In this document: in pieces, positions 10,294 to 19,296 of the stretch
How the letters are laid out: each line of letters starts with the position of its first letter
Numbering within the stretch: the stretch's first letter is position 1
DNA from: an uncultured Bdellovibrionales bacterium
Lineage (GTDB): Bacteria > Patescibacteriota > Minisyncoccia > Moranbacterales > UBA1568
NCBI GenBank assembly: GCA_964543815.1
Contig: CAZIZG010000001.1
Coordinates: 116,265-180,264 of the forward strand
Direction of reading: 5' to 3'
DNA: 64,000 bases
The notes under the pieces: model-generated
Databases searched by the model: none
What the model was told of the DNA's origin: nothing
What the model saw: only the letters and a program-made list of their open reading frames with translations
Made by a program: the position numbers and the translations under genes

Positions 10294-12081
10294 ATGAAGC
10301 TCCCCAAACTGACCGAAACAACCGATATTCTTCTCACCCTTTTTGGACTAACTTTTATTGTCTTCGGGTGGTTCGCACTCTCACTAGCCCTGGGGGGGCT
10401 TTTTCTCTTTCCACTGCTCGCTCTTGGATTTACCCTTTCAGCAACTCTAGCCCTTTTTATCCTGGCACGCCTCGTCAAACGATCCCCCCTTGAATTGAAA
10501 GCCGTATTTTTAGTTGCTTTTCTCTACGCTGCCATTATCGGTACTATTGCTGAACCAACTCTCTTTTCCGGACGGGATCAGGGCTCTATCGCAGAAGCCG
10601 CGTACCGCTTAGCTCAAAACACAGAATTAGCATTTTCAACCCCTGGAAGTAATGCTTTCTATCAAATCTACGGCGAAGGAGCCGCTCTCAACTTTCCTGG
10701 TTTCGCCTATACGAAAGGCGGCTACCTCCTCACCCAATTCCCTCTCGGCTACACTGCTTGGCTCGCTAGTTTTGTTTCCCTCTTTGGTCTCAATGGCTAT
10801 GCTATCGCCAATAGTGTCCTTCTCTTCCTCTTTCTTGTTTTTCTCTATCAACTCATCCGTTTGTTTGCAGCTCCGGCCTATGCCAGTGTCGGTCTTTTGC
10901 TCGCCCTCACTTCATTCCTCCCAGGCTGGTTCACCAAACTAACCCTCACAGAAAACCTGGCAGTCTTTCTTTTCGTTTTCCTGACATACAACCTTATTCT
11001 TTTTTTTCGAGAAAAGAAATTTATCTTTTACGCTGGCATCCTCCTTTCAAGCGGACTCTTTGCCTTTACCCGGATTGAGGGGTTTTTGTTTCTCCTGATA
11101 ACACTTTCACTCATAGCCTTTCACCAACATACTCGCTCACTCATTCGGACCTATCCCTGGAAAAGTATCGTTCTTCCCGCCCTTCTTTTCACGTTCTTTT
11201 TCTTTCGTGATTTTTTTATCAACCTCCCCTACTACAAAGTTATCGGGAAGGCATTATTGAAGTTTTTTGGTCGACTAAGCGACGGCACCCTGACCGCTGT
11301 ACCCGCCCAGTCCGGAAGCCTTGGTTCAGTGCTCTTTCTCTATGGTTTTCTTCCTCTTGCATTGCTTGGCTTCTTTGGTTTTCTTCTCTTTCTCAAACGC
11401 AAGCAATACATTCTACTCCTTCCGGCTCTCATAGTCTTCCCGACATTGCTCTATTTTTTCATGCCCAATGTCACTCCGGATTACCCCTGGATGCTCCGTC
11501 GCTACCTCTTTACGCTGTTCCCGCTCTTTGTATTCGCTGCCACGCTATGCATCGCTCTCCTGTTCTCCAAAAAACAACCAGTCTATCCGTTAACCATGCC
11601 ACGCGGCCGGCATCTCATTCTTCCCTCGCTTTTATTTCTTGGTCTCATTATCCTCCAGCTGCCTGCCTGGTGGTCACAACTCACCTACGCAGAAAATCGC
11701 GGACTCCGTGAACAAATTGCCTCGTTCAGTCAGTTTTTTTCAGACCGTGACCTCATTCTCGTTGATCAAAATGCGACCGGCAATGGCTTCGCCATGCTCA
11801 CTGGTCCTGGTCAGTACCTTTTTGGGAAAAACACTGTCTATTTCTTCAATCCTTACGATTTAGCAGCCCTTGATACTTCACCCTTTGACCACGTGTACCT
11901 ACTGACTCCCGAAGAAAGTCAGGGGCGATATATTGCTGCCTTTGGCAATCGACTCGCCTTTAAGAAATCAGTCACTTTCACGCTCAATCAATACGAAAAC
12001 ATCTCTCTCTCTCGAAGCGCCAATCGTTTGCCTCAACAAGAAACGCTCAGCACGACCAATATTCTCTTCCAAGTTTACTAA
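10294..12081 (+). CDS. polytopic membrane protein, GT-C-fold (ArnT/PMT-like) glycosyltransferase candidate
   Basis: 595 aa, more than 10 TM helices; acidic first-loop segment RDQGSIAEAAYRL in the position of the ArnT/PMT DExxY motif. Confidence 0.5.
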   Translation: MKLPKLTETTDILLTLFGLTFIVFGWFALSLALGGLFLFPLLALGFTLSATLALFILARLVKRSPLELKAVFLVAFLYAAIIGTIAEPTLFSGRDQGSIAEAAYRLAQNTELAFSTPGSNAFYQIYGEGAALNFPGFAYTKGGYLLTQFPLGYTAWLASFVSLFGLNGYAIANSVLLFLFLVFLYQLIRLFAAPAYASVGLLLALTSFLPGWFTKLTLTENLAVFLFVFLTYNLILFFREKKFIFYAGILLSSGLFAFTRIEGFLFLLITLSLIAFHQHTRSLIRTYPWKSIVLPALLFTFFFFRDFFINLPYYKVIGKALLKFFGRLSDGTLTAVPAQSGSLGSVLFLYGFLPLALLGFFGFLLFLKRKQYILLLPALIVFPTLLYFFMPNVTPDYPWMLRRYLFTLFPLFVFAATLCIALLFSKKQPVYPLTMPRGRHLILPSLLFLGLIILQLPAWWSQLTYAENRGLREQIASFSQFFSDRDLILVDQNATGNGFAMLTGPGQYLFGKNTVYFFNPYDLAALDTSPFDHVYLLTPEESQGRYIAAFGNRLAFKKSVTFTLNQYENISLSRSANRLPQQETLSTTNILFQVY

Positions 12082-12085
12082 CAGT

Positions 12086-13231
12086 ATGTCTCCCTTCCTC
12101 TCTCTCGTTCCATCACACCTCCATAAGAAATACCGGGTGCTCCGAGTTCTTTTATGGTTTAGCATTGTATCCGTGGTCACACTTTTTGCCTTACGGGTTC
12201 TTTTTCCTACGCTACAACAGAGTTTTGATTTCCGTACTCCTGGTTCGAGTCGCAATGCTATCATGAACCCTCGATCACCAGAACTCGCCCCACGAACCAA
12301 TGGTAAGATTGAGTCAGGTGGTACCCTCATCGCCGATACGGCTGTTATTGGCGATTTCTCACTCCTTCAAGTGGCGGTAGTTCTAGAAAAAAAATCTGCC
12401 CTACCAGCATCGCTGCTGTTTTCTCTTCGCCGCTCCTATCAAAGTTTTTTCTATCCCACCGGAGAGGCTGTAACAGCATTTCCAGCAGAATCAAACTATG
12501 CTATTAATGGCCAGTATTATGCCCTCCGGAACGGCACGCTCTACCCCTACGTCAGCGAAGCCGCTTTCCTCTCGCGTTTTCCTCATGACCAGGCTCAAAT
12601 TGAAGATTCTTCATTCCTCAATGAACACCCCATTTCGGATACCTGGCTAGGATTCCGCGTTGGAACCCTTCTCTCTAATGCTACCGGCGTCTTTATTGTC
12701 ACCAACGAAACAGAAGTACGGCCCGTAGGAAGCGCGGAAATTTTTCTCGCCTTGGGGTATAATTTTTCTGATGTCATACCCGCCAGTGAGGAAGAGCTCG
12801 GGGTATACAAACGAGGTCGAATCGTTCTTCTCGGCTTCGCTCATCCAGACGGCACCGTATTATACGACCAGGAAAATAATACTCACTATCTCATAGACCA
12901 GGGCACGAAGCGGCCACTTTTGGGCGTCTATCGTGATTTTCTGCGAGAAAAAACCCATCCTATTCTCGTATCGACAAGAGCGAGCGAACGAAGCATTAGC
13001 TGTACCCTCCTCCCTAATTTTTTTGGAACAAATCTGACCTGTGCCGCACCGCTTGTCTCGCTCACACCCGGCTTTGGCAATGATTTTCAGCTCCAACTCA
13101 ATAGCCCTGAAACCACTATCGATATCAACAACCTGACGCTCTCATTTGAGACTGCCAAAAACAAGCAGAACTTCCTCTCACTTCTCTCCCAAATCAAGCA
13201 GCGCCTCCTTGCTCGCCTTGGCGGCGTCTAA
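12086..13231 (+). CDS. hypothetical N-terminally anchored/secreted protein (382 aa)
   Basis: ATG at 12086 five nt after the previous stop; one N-terminal TM helix then a soluble domain; no recognizable motif. Confidence 0.5.
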   Translation: MSPFLSLVPSHLHKKYRVLRVLLWFSIVSVVTLFALRVLFPTLQQSFDFRTPGSSRNAIMNPRSPELAPRTNGKIESGGTLIADTAVIGDFSLLQVAVVLEKKSALPASLLFSLRRSYQSFFYPTGEAVTAFPAESNYAINGQYYALRNGTLYPYVSEAAFLSRFPHDQAQIEDSSFLNEHPISDTWLGFRVGTLLSNATGVFIVTNETEVRPVGSAEIFLALGYNFSDVIPASEEELGVYKRGRIVLLGFAHPDGTVLYDQENNTHYLIDQGTKRPLLGVYRDFLREKTHPILVSTRASERSISCTLLPNFFGTNLTCAAPLVSLTPGFGNDFQLQLNSPETTIDINNLTLSFETAKNKQNFLSLLSQIKQRLLARLGGV

Positions 13232-13240
13232 CGACACTGT

Positions 13241-13663
13241 ATGACTCCTCTTCTCCAAAAAATTACGACCTTATTCAGGACTACCCATACTAGCGGCTGG
13301 CTCTCCGTGATACACGCCCTTGCTCTCGAAACGCTCGTTGTTGGCTATATGATTTTCATCAGTCTCTTCACCATCGAAACTCTCCTCCCCACATTTATTA
13401 CCGTTCGTTTCAGTCTGACGAAGTTTTTCTTTCTACTCATTGCGGCGACGATGCTCACCTCGCTTCTCAGTCATCTTCTCTCCGTCAGTTTCCGCATCTC
13501 TTGGAATCTAAAGAATCCCCTCCTCTGGCTTGGGTTACTCTGGGGTATCGGCATTCTCATCATTTCACTCATCAAATTTCCTGTGGTACTCATTCTGATT
13601 CTTACCACTCTCTTCCTCGCTGTTGGCTATCTTTTTTGGCGCATATTTCTTGAGGAAAATTAG
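13241..13663 (+). CDS. small integral membrane protein (140 aa)
   Basis: 4 hydrophobic helices; followed by the bidirectional terminator. Confidence 0.5.
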   Translation: MTPLLQKITTLFRTTHTSGWLSVIHALALETLVVGYMIFISLFTIETLLPTFITVRFSLTKFFFLLIAATMLTSLLSHLLSVSFRISWNLKNPLLWLGLLWGIGILIISLIKFPVVLILILTTLFLAVGYLFWRIFLEEN

Positions 13664-13680
13664 TCCGCAGAAAAAAAAGA

Positions 13681-13705
13681 GGAAGCCGAATTTCGACTTC
13701 CTTTT
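13681..13705. terminator. bidirectional Rho-independent terminator
   Basis: AAAAAAAAGA-GGAAGCCGaatttCGACTTCC-TTTTG; A-run upstream and T-run downstream serve the convergent genes on both strands. Confidence 0.6.
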
Positions 13706-13723
13706 GTGCGTGCCGCGCTCTGT

Positions 13724-14212
13724 TCAGTGCGGCTGACTGCGGCGATCGCGCGAGGCGAACAGATTCATCAGGTCGGACAGACTGCCCAGGCCGAGCTCCT
13801 GCTGCTCGATCTGCTTGAGTTGATCGAGGTCGAGCACCGACCAATGCGGACCGATGCCGAAGCCCAGCTTGCCACTGAGGCCGGGGAACTCCTGGAGCAC
13901 CGCCTCGTGAAACGTGGCTTCGAGCCACTTGGACCGGCGCGCCAGCGAAAGCGCCTTGGTCTTCGCGTCATCCTTGACACGAACCGGCGCGAGCGCGATG
14001 TCGAGCACGGCCACCTGGGCGTCGCGCGCTGCCTTCTGCTTGAGGTAGAACAGCGCACGGAGCGGATGTGACAGGGTGCCGAGCACGAAACGCCGGAGCT
14101 CCGAAGGCACGCCACCTGCCGGAACGACGGCCTCCATCTGCAACGCAGTGACCACCTCCAACTGACCCGTCAGGTCAGCGAAGAAAGGGATCTTGCCGAT
14201 TCTCTCGTCCAT
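13724..14212 (-). CDS. hypothetical protein (163 aa) in high-GC islet
   Basis: GGAG 8 nt upstream of the MDERIGKIP start; visibly GC-rich with several overlapping stop-free frames; no motif recognized. Confidence 0.45.
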   Translation of the reverse strand: MDERIGKIPFFADLTGQLEVVTALQMEAVVPAGGVPSELRRFVLGTLSHPLRALFYLKQKAARDAQVAVLDIALAPVRVKDDAKTKALSLARRSKWLEATFHEAVLQEFPGLSGKLGFGIGPHWSVLDLDQLKQIEQQELGLGSLSDLMNLFASRDRRSQPH

Positions 14213-14313
14213 GAATTCTCCATCTGTCAAACTTCGCCTACAGAAACAAGCCCTTGGCCTATTCCCAGGCGAAAGAATACTGTACCTCTTTTTGAGAATT
14301 TCGTCAAGTATTA

Positions 14314-15771
14314 TCAACTTAACGATTCGAGATCGAGCACCTCATCGATACGAATCTGGGCGACGAAATCAGGCACGTGGCTGACCAAAATCATGGCCCC
14401 CTGGTATTGATCGAGCGCCTCAGCAATCACCGGTAAGTGCCGGAAATTGATATGGTTGGTCGGCTCATCAAGAATGAGCAGGTCAGGCTTTTGCGCATAA
14501 AGACAAGCAAACATGAGTAGTCCCTTCTGTCCTTCGGAAAGGCTCTCTACTTTGTTCTGCATCAATTCTGCCGGCACCAGAAATTTCGTTGCTACCTTAT
14601 AGGCCAGTTCAATATTTTTTTCTGGTAATACTTCAAGTAATGTCTCAGCTACTGTTTTTTCAAAATCAAGCGTCGAAAAGTCCTGACGATAATAACCAAC
14701 CGTCACACCCGGAGTAATTTCAGCCCGCTCCGTATTGCCCGTCGCTAACTCCTCCAAAAACGTACTCTTACCAATACCATTCGGACCCGAAACGACGAGG
14801 TGAGTATTTTTCTTGAGGATCATGTCCACTCGCTTTATATTAGGACCAAACTCCCCGAGAACAGATACGGTCTTGATATTGACAATCGGTCCAACGATAC
14901 CATGGGTAGGGATTTCAAACGCCGGCAAAGTTTTATCCTCCTGACGCACATCAACTTTATTTTCCTCAAGCTCCTCGGCTAAAGTACGCATTCTTTTTGC
15001 CACGGCTCGAAGCTTTCCTCCTTTATTCGCAAAGACGTTGGCTTGGTCCTTTTTCTCCTGAATAGTCCGTTCCAAACGCACGTTCTCGCTCTGGGCTTTG
15101 GCAATACGTCGAGCAATCTCCTCCACCACATCATAATAATTCCCGGTGTACTGCTCAATCTGATGAGTAAAGATATCAAGATAGAACACTCCTTCCGTAA
15201 AAGCGTTCAAAAACTCAGCATCGTGCGAAATAACGATAACCGTTTTTTTATAATCGATGAGGAACCGTGTGAGATGCTCAATACCGGCATAATCGAGGTT
15301 ATTGGTCGGCTCATCAAGCAGCAGAATATCTGGATCCTGAATAAGGGCCGAAGCAAGAAGGAGACGCGCCTGCTGACCACCGGAAAACTGTCGGATTTTC
15401 TTATCAAGTGGCGGTACCGGTAAGTTCACCACTTCCAAAACATCTTTGATAAGCGCCGGTAAGTTCCATTTTTTTTCCTGAAAAAACTGTTCAAAAAATT
15501 CTTCAACGGTAAAATCGAGCTGCTCTCGCGGAATCGTCTGGCGCCCAATCGCCACCACAGCGTCTCGGTCGATGGAAATACGGCCGCCCTGTGGCTGCTC
15601 TTCCCGCGTGATGAGTTTAAAAAGCGAGCTCTTGCCAGCGCCGTTTTGGCCCATGAGCGTAATCTTGGAGCCAGCACGTAAACTAAAACTCACCTCATCG
15701 AGGATGGGTTTCTTATGCCCGTATTCAAACAATACCTTATCAAATCGGAGTACGACGTTATCTTTGGCCAT
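14314..15771 (-). CDS. ABC-F family ATPase (tandem ABC domains, no TM domain)
   Basis: two Walker A (GQNGAGKSS, GPNGIGKST), two signature motifs (FSGGQQARL, LSEGQKGLL), two Walker B (ILLLDEPTNNLD, LLILDEPTNHIN). Confidence 0.85.
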   Translation of the reverse strand: MAKDNVVLRFDKVLFEYGHKKPILDEVSFSLRAGSKITLMGQNGAGKSSLFKLITREEQPQGGRISIDRDAVVAIGRQTIPREQLDFTVEEFFEQFFQEKKWNLPALIKDVLEVVNLPVPPLDKKIRQFSGGQQARLLLASALIQDPDILLLDEPTNNLDYAGIEHLTRFLIDYKKTVIVISHDAEFLNAFTEGVFYLDIFTHQIEQYTGNYYDVVEEIARRIAKAQSENVRLERTIQEKKDQANVFANKGGKLRAVAKRMRTLAEELEENKVDVRQEDKTLPAFEIPTHGIVGPIVNIKTVSVLGEFGPNIKRVDMILKKNTHLVVSGPNGIGKSTFLEELATGNTERAEITPGVTVGYYRQDFSTLDFEKTVAETLLEVLPEKNIELAYKVATKFLVPAELMQNKVESLSEGQKGLLMFACLYAQKPDLLILDEPTNHINFRHLPVIAEALDQYQGAMILVSHVPDFVAQIRIDEVLDLESLS

Positions 15772-15894
15772 AAATACTTTTCAGTAAAGGAGATTCTTGA
15801 AAAACACACCCTCGCTCTTGGATTACGCAGGGTAAATAAAAACGCCGTTTTCGGCAAAAGCATTCTGACACAGAATTTTGAAATACGCAAGGCA

Positions 15895-15927
15895 TGAAAA
15901 AAGCGACGAGACATTCCCTCGTCGCTT
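15895..15927 (-). terminator. Rho-independent terminator for gene 15942..16268
   Basis: perfect 10-bp stem AAGCGACGAG/CTCGTCGCTT with 7-nt loop; U-tract on the minus strand. Confidence 0.7.
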
Positions 15928-15941
15928 ATCTGGTATTGGCC

Positions 15942-16268
15942 TCAGGCGATGGCGGCGGCACCGTTGCGCGGCAAGGTCGTCGCCAGGTAGATGCCCGCCA
16001 GTACCCCGAGCGACTGCCTGCCGCGTCCAATCATGCACTCGTCCATGACGGTGTGGAGTTCCTCGACAAACCGCCCGAGGACGATGAGGGCCACGTTTCC
16101 GCGCTTCGCATCGGCCCGATGGAGACGATAGCGTCCTTTGAGGAGGTCCACCGTGGCCAGGAGATCCTGCGGCACGATGAGTGCGAGCAAATGCTTGGCC
16201 TCACTCACACCACGAAGCGCGACGGCACATTCTTGGGCCTCTTGAAAAAGACTGGTCACATCATTCAT
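15942..16268 (-). CDS. hypothetical protein (108 aa) in high-GC islet; possibly a distant paralog of 13724..14212
   Basis: GGAGAGAG upstream of start; terminator downstream; weak by-eye similarity to 13724..14212 (LLKGRYRLHRADAKRGNVALIVLGRFV vs YLKQKAARDAQVAVLDIALAPV). Confidence 0.45.
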   Translation of the reverse strand: MNDVTSLFQEAQECAVALRGVSEAKHLLALIVPQDLLATVDLLKGRYRLHRADAKRGNVALIVLGRFVEELHTVMDECMIGRGRQSLGVLAGIYLATTLPRNGAAAIA

Positions 16269-16398
16269 GTCTTACTCTCTCCGGTGAAATTGCCGCTAAA
16301 CGGCGAAAAAAGAACCAAATCTGTCATAACATTTTAGTACAGATTTGTATTTTTGTCAACCCCCATTATTTTGCCTTCTCACCTCTACTCTGAGACAG

Positions 16399-16438
16399 AA
16401 TTCCTCACTTTCTCACGACCGTGAGAAAGTGAGGAATT
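16399..16438. repeat. perfect 18-bp inverted repeat with 4-nt loop
   Basis: AATTCCTCACTTTCTCAC-gacc-GTGAGAAAGTGAGGAATT, 6 nt beyond the GT4 stop codon; no U-tract. Confidence 0.8.
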
Positions 16439-16443
16439 GAAAT

Positions 16444-17559
16444 TTAACGAAAAATTACATCAAGAGTCTGTTTGGCACAAGTATCCCAGGAAAAATTCTT
16501 TAATCGTTCATTACCTTTCTGAACAAGCTCCATCCGGAGCATCTCATCTCCCCATAAGCGCTGCATTTTTTCCGCCATATCAGCCGCATCCTCAGCTTGG
16601 CAAAAAAGTGCTCCGTCCCCTGCTACTTCGATCAAACTAGAGTTCCCGGCTGTGAGGACCGGGATACCTGCGGCAAAAGCTTCAAGGAGAGGGAGACCAA
16701 ATCCCTCGTAGAGCGACGGGAAGACAAAAAACCGAGCGCCCTGATACAAAATACGCAGATCTTCAAACGACACCCTCCCTGGTAATACGATATCATCTCG
16801 AACCGAACTCCTTTTCCAAGCCTCTAGAATTCCTTGTGACAACCAGGCTGGTTCACCGGCGAGGACCAATTTCACCTCTGGAACAGAGCGTTTCAGTATC
16901 TGGAAAGCCTCAATCAAGCGAATAAGATTTTTTCTCGGCTGTAACGCTCCAACATAGAGGATATAATTTCGAGACTTGAGAAGATACTTTTGAAGCGTAT
17001 CAGCCACGATGACTTCCGACACCCTCTCACCAAAAAATTCTCCGTCAAAACCATGATGAATAACTGTTATACGCTCTTCAGGTACTACAGGAAAAAATTC
17101 AAGCAAGTCCCGCTTGGTTGATTCTGATACCGCAATCAACTTATGAGCTCGCTGCACCGCTGTCTCAAGCATAAAATTAAGTTTCAATCGGTGTGAGAGC
17201 GGAAAGGTTTCCGGATAACGACGGAAAGCTAAGTCATGAATCGTAGTTGTCACATCAACAGAACTCGGCATGACAAGTGGAGCCGCCTGAATAGGCAGAA
17301 AAAGCTTATCGGGTGTCTCACGAAAAAGCTCCCAAGCAAAACGTGTCTGCATCCAGGCTCGTGGAAACGACACCGATTGCTCGTGATAGTTTGGTAATTT
17401 CGGTGGCGCTAAAACAGGATTAAAAATTCCCTTATGATAGAGAGTGAACTCTGTCTTTGGTGAAAGGTCTCCAAAACGCTTAAGTATTTCTCGTAGATAG
17501 ACGCGCGTCCCATCGATGCGTGCATGATCGAGATCCGAAGCTTGGATGGCAACTCGCAT
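16444..17559 (-). CDS. glycosyltransferase family 4 (GT-B)
   Basis: start MRVAIQASDLDHARIDGTRVYLREIL; C-terminal GT1 motifs (FVFPSLYEGFGLPLLEA). Confidence 0.75.
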   Translation of the reverse strand: MRVAIQASDLDHARIDGTRVYLREILKRFGDLSPKTEFTLYHKGIFNPVLAPPKLPNYHEQSVSFPRAWMQTRFAWELFRETPDKLFLPIQAAPLVMPSSVDVTTTIHDLAFRRYPETFPLSHRLKLNFMLETAVQRAHKLIAVSESTKRDLLEFFPVVPEERITVIHHGFDGEFFGERVSEVIVADTLQKYLLKSRNYILYVGALQPRKNLIRLIEAFQILKRSVPEVKLVLAGEPAWLSQGILEAWKRSSVRDDIVLPGRVSFEDLRILYQGARFFVFPSLYEGFGLPLLEAFAAGIPVLTAGNSSLIEVAGDGALFCQAEDAADMAEKMQRLWGDEMLRMELVQKGNERLKNFSWDTCAKQTLDVIFR

Positions 17560-17566
17560 AAAAAAT

Positions 17567-18526
17567 TTATGATTTGTTTTTGGCGGCGCGAATATGCATG
17601 AGTTCAAGTGGTTCAGCAAATTTCATGGTCTCTGGCTTCACAACGAAATCTTCTACCGTCGCCCCAGAGGAAGACAGGTGAGCGACGAGCTCTGCCACGA
17701 GATGCTCCGGAGCACTAGCACCAGCACTCACCCCAACAGTTTCGACACCGTCTAACCAACGAGAATCGAGTTCCCGTACATCATCTACCAGGTATGCGAC
17801 TGTCCCACAGGCATTGGCCGTCTCCATGAGGCGCGTCGAGTTCGATGAGGAACGCGAACCCACGATAAGAACCAGGTCGCATTCTTTCGCGAGTGCTTTG
17901 ACTGTCTCCTGACGATTCGTCGTAGCATAACAAATATCCTCCAGTGGTGGCGCGATAATCTGCGGGTATTTCTGTTTTAATGCCTCAATCACCTGCTTGG
18001 TATCATCAATCGAAAGGGTTGTTTGAGTGAGATATACTAATTTTTCCGGCTGACCAATATCGAGACAGGCTACGTCTTCGACTGTCTCAATAAGTGGAAT
18101 TGATGCCTCGGGCACCTCCCCAAGTACTCCTACTCCCTCGATGTGTCCTTTGTGACCAATATAGATGATATGGTAACCATCCTTGATAAAGCGTTGGACC
18201 TCAAGATGAACCTTGGTAACCAATGGGCAGGTAGCATCAATCAACCGAATGCCTCTCACTCGTGCCTCATCATAGTGACTCTTCGGTGAGCCGTGAGCAG
18301 AGAAAACGACTACGGATCCTTCTGGTGCTTCCGTGAGCGATTCGATAGTCACCGCCCCTTTCTTCTCGAGAGCTTCTACGACATGTTTGTTATGAACGAT
18401 TTCATGCTTCACATACACTGGTGCCCCAAAAATCTCGAGGGTATCCTCCACCGCCTTCACTGCCCGAGCCACACCAGCACAAAACCCCCGGGGACTGGCC
18501 AATAATACTTTCTTGACTGATTCCAT
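17567..18526 (-). CDS. ispH: 4-hydroxy-3-methylbut-2-enyl diphosphate reductase
   Basis: 319 aa; RGFCAGVARAV, ...ATCPLVTKVH, three conserved Cys segments typical of IspH/LytB. Confidence 0.85.
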   Translation of the reverse strand: MESVKKVLLASPRGFCAGVARAVKAVEDTLEIFGAPVYVKHEIVHNKHVVEALEKKGAVTIESLTEAPEGSVVVFSAHGSPKSHYDEARVRGIRLIDATCPLVTKVHLEVQRFIKDGYHIIYIGHKGHIEGVGVLGEVPEASIPLIETVEDVACLDIGQPEKLVYLTQTTLSIDDTKQVIEALKQKYPQIIAPPLEDICYATTNRQETVKALAKECDLVLIVGSRSSSNSTRLMETANACGTVAYLVDDVRELDSRWLDGVETVGVSAGASAPEHLVAELVAHLSSSGATVEDFVVKPETMKFAEPLELMHIRAAKNKS

Positions 18527-18553
18527 ATCACCATCATTACTGTATTACCCCCT

Positions 18554-19279
18554 CTAATCCTTGATCAGGGTACCTACGAACTTTTTACCCGCTACGTAAT
18601 TTGAAACATTCTGAAGGTCGCCACCATTCATGATAGCCACTTCCATCCCCTCTTTTTCAGCCATTTCTGAAGCGATAGGATCAAACGGTACGTTCATCCC
18701 GGGATTCCATTTCTTTCCCACAATCTTACGAAAATTCTTCCAGGTGATACTATCATACGGAGTAGCATCAGCGTGAGTGCGTGGGTCCTTATCATAGACA
18801 CGCTCGACATTGGATAAGTTGATAATCTTCTTCGCATCCAAGTACTTCCCAATCACGACGGCATCGAAATCTGTTGAGAATCCAGGACGCCAACCAGCCG
18901 CCACAAGAATTGGTTCTGGAGCGGAATAGAAATCCTCAAGATCGTGAGGATTGGTATTGATACGGGGATGAGCGTACTCACGAAAAATCGTACGAACGAG
19001 ATGAGCGTTCATACGAGTGGCATGAATGCCGAGCCAGTCACGATCTTCATCAGTAATCTTGGTAATCTGACCGGCCGCTTCAATATATCGACGCGCTGTT
19101 TTTCCGCCACCTGTCACCAGAATAAAGCGATATCCCTTTTTGATATGGGAGACGATAAATTTCTTGAAATTTGCCACGAACTCCGCATCGATATTCTCCG
19201 GCACCAAAAGTGATCCACCGAGCGAAATAATGATTCGTTCCTTCTGGTTTTTTGTGGCCATAAAAGTATCAAAGCTCAA
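18554..19279 (-). CDS. pyrH: UMP kinase-like amino-acid-kinase family protein (resembles archaeal-type PyrH)
   Basis: ISLGGSLLVPENIDAEFV ... VTGGGKTARRYIEAA ... GIHATRMNAHLV; about 240 aa. Confidence 0.65.
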   Translation of the reverse strand: MSFDTFMATKNQKERIIISLGGSLLVPENIDAEFVANFKKFIVSHIKKGYRFILVTGGGKTARRYIEAAGQITKITDEDRDWLGIHATRMNAHLVRTIFREYAHPRINTNPHDLEDFYSAPEPILVAAGWRPGFSTDFDAVVIGKYLDAKKIINLSNVERVYDKDPRTHADATPYDSITWKNFRKIVGKKWNPGMNVPFDPIASEMAEKEGMEVAIMNGGDLQNVSNYVAGKKFVGTLIKD

Positions 19280-19296
19280 ATTACAATATCAAAAGG

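Noticed and set aside
13706-14115. Overlapping ORFs 13706..14071(+) and 13768..14115(-) in the high-GC islet; likewise 23383..23859, 23511..23834, 23669..23956, 23685..23885 in the islet at 23.4-24.0 kb
   Set aside because: GC-rich DNA yields long stop-free frames in several phases; I kept only the frame with an SD and a terminator in the right orientation.
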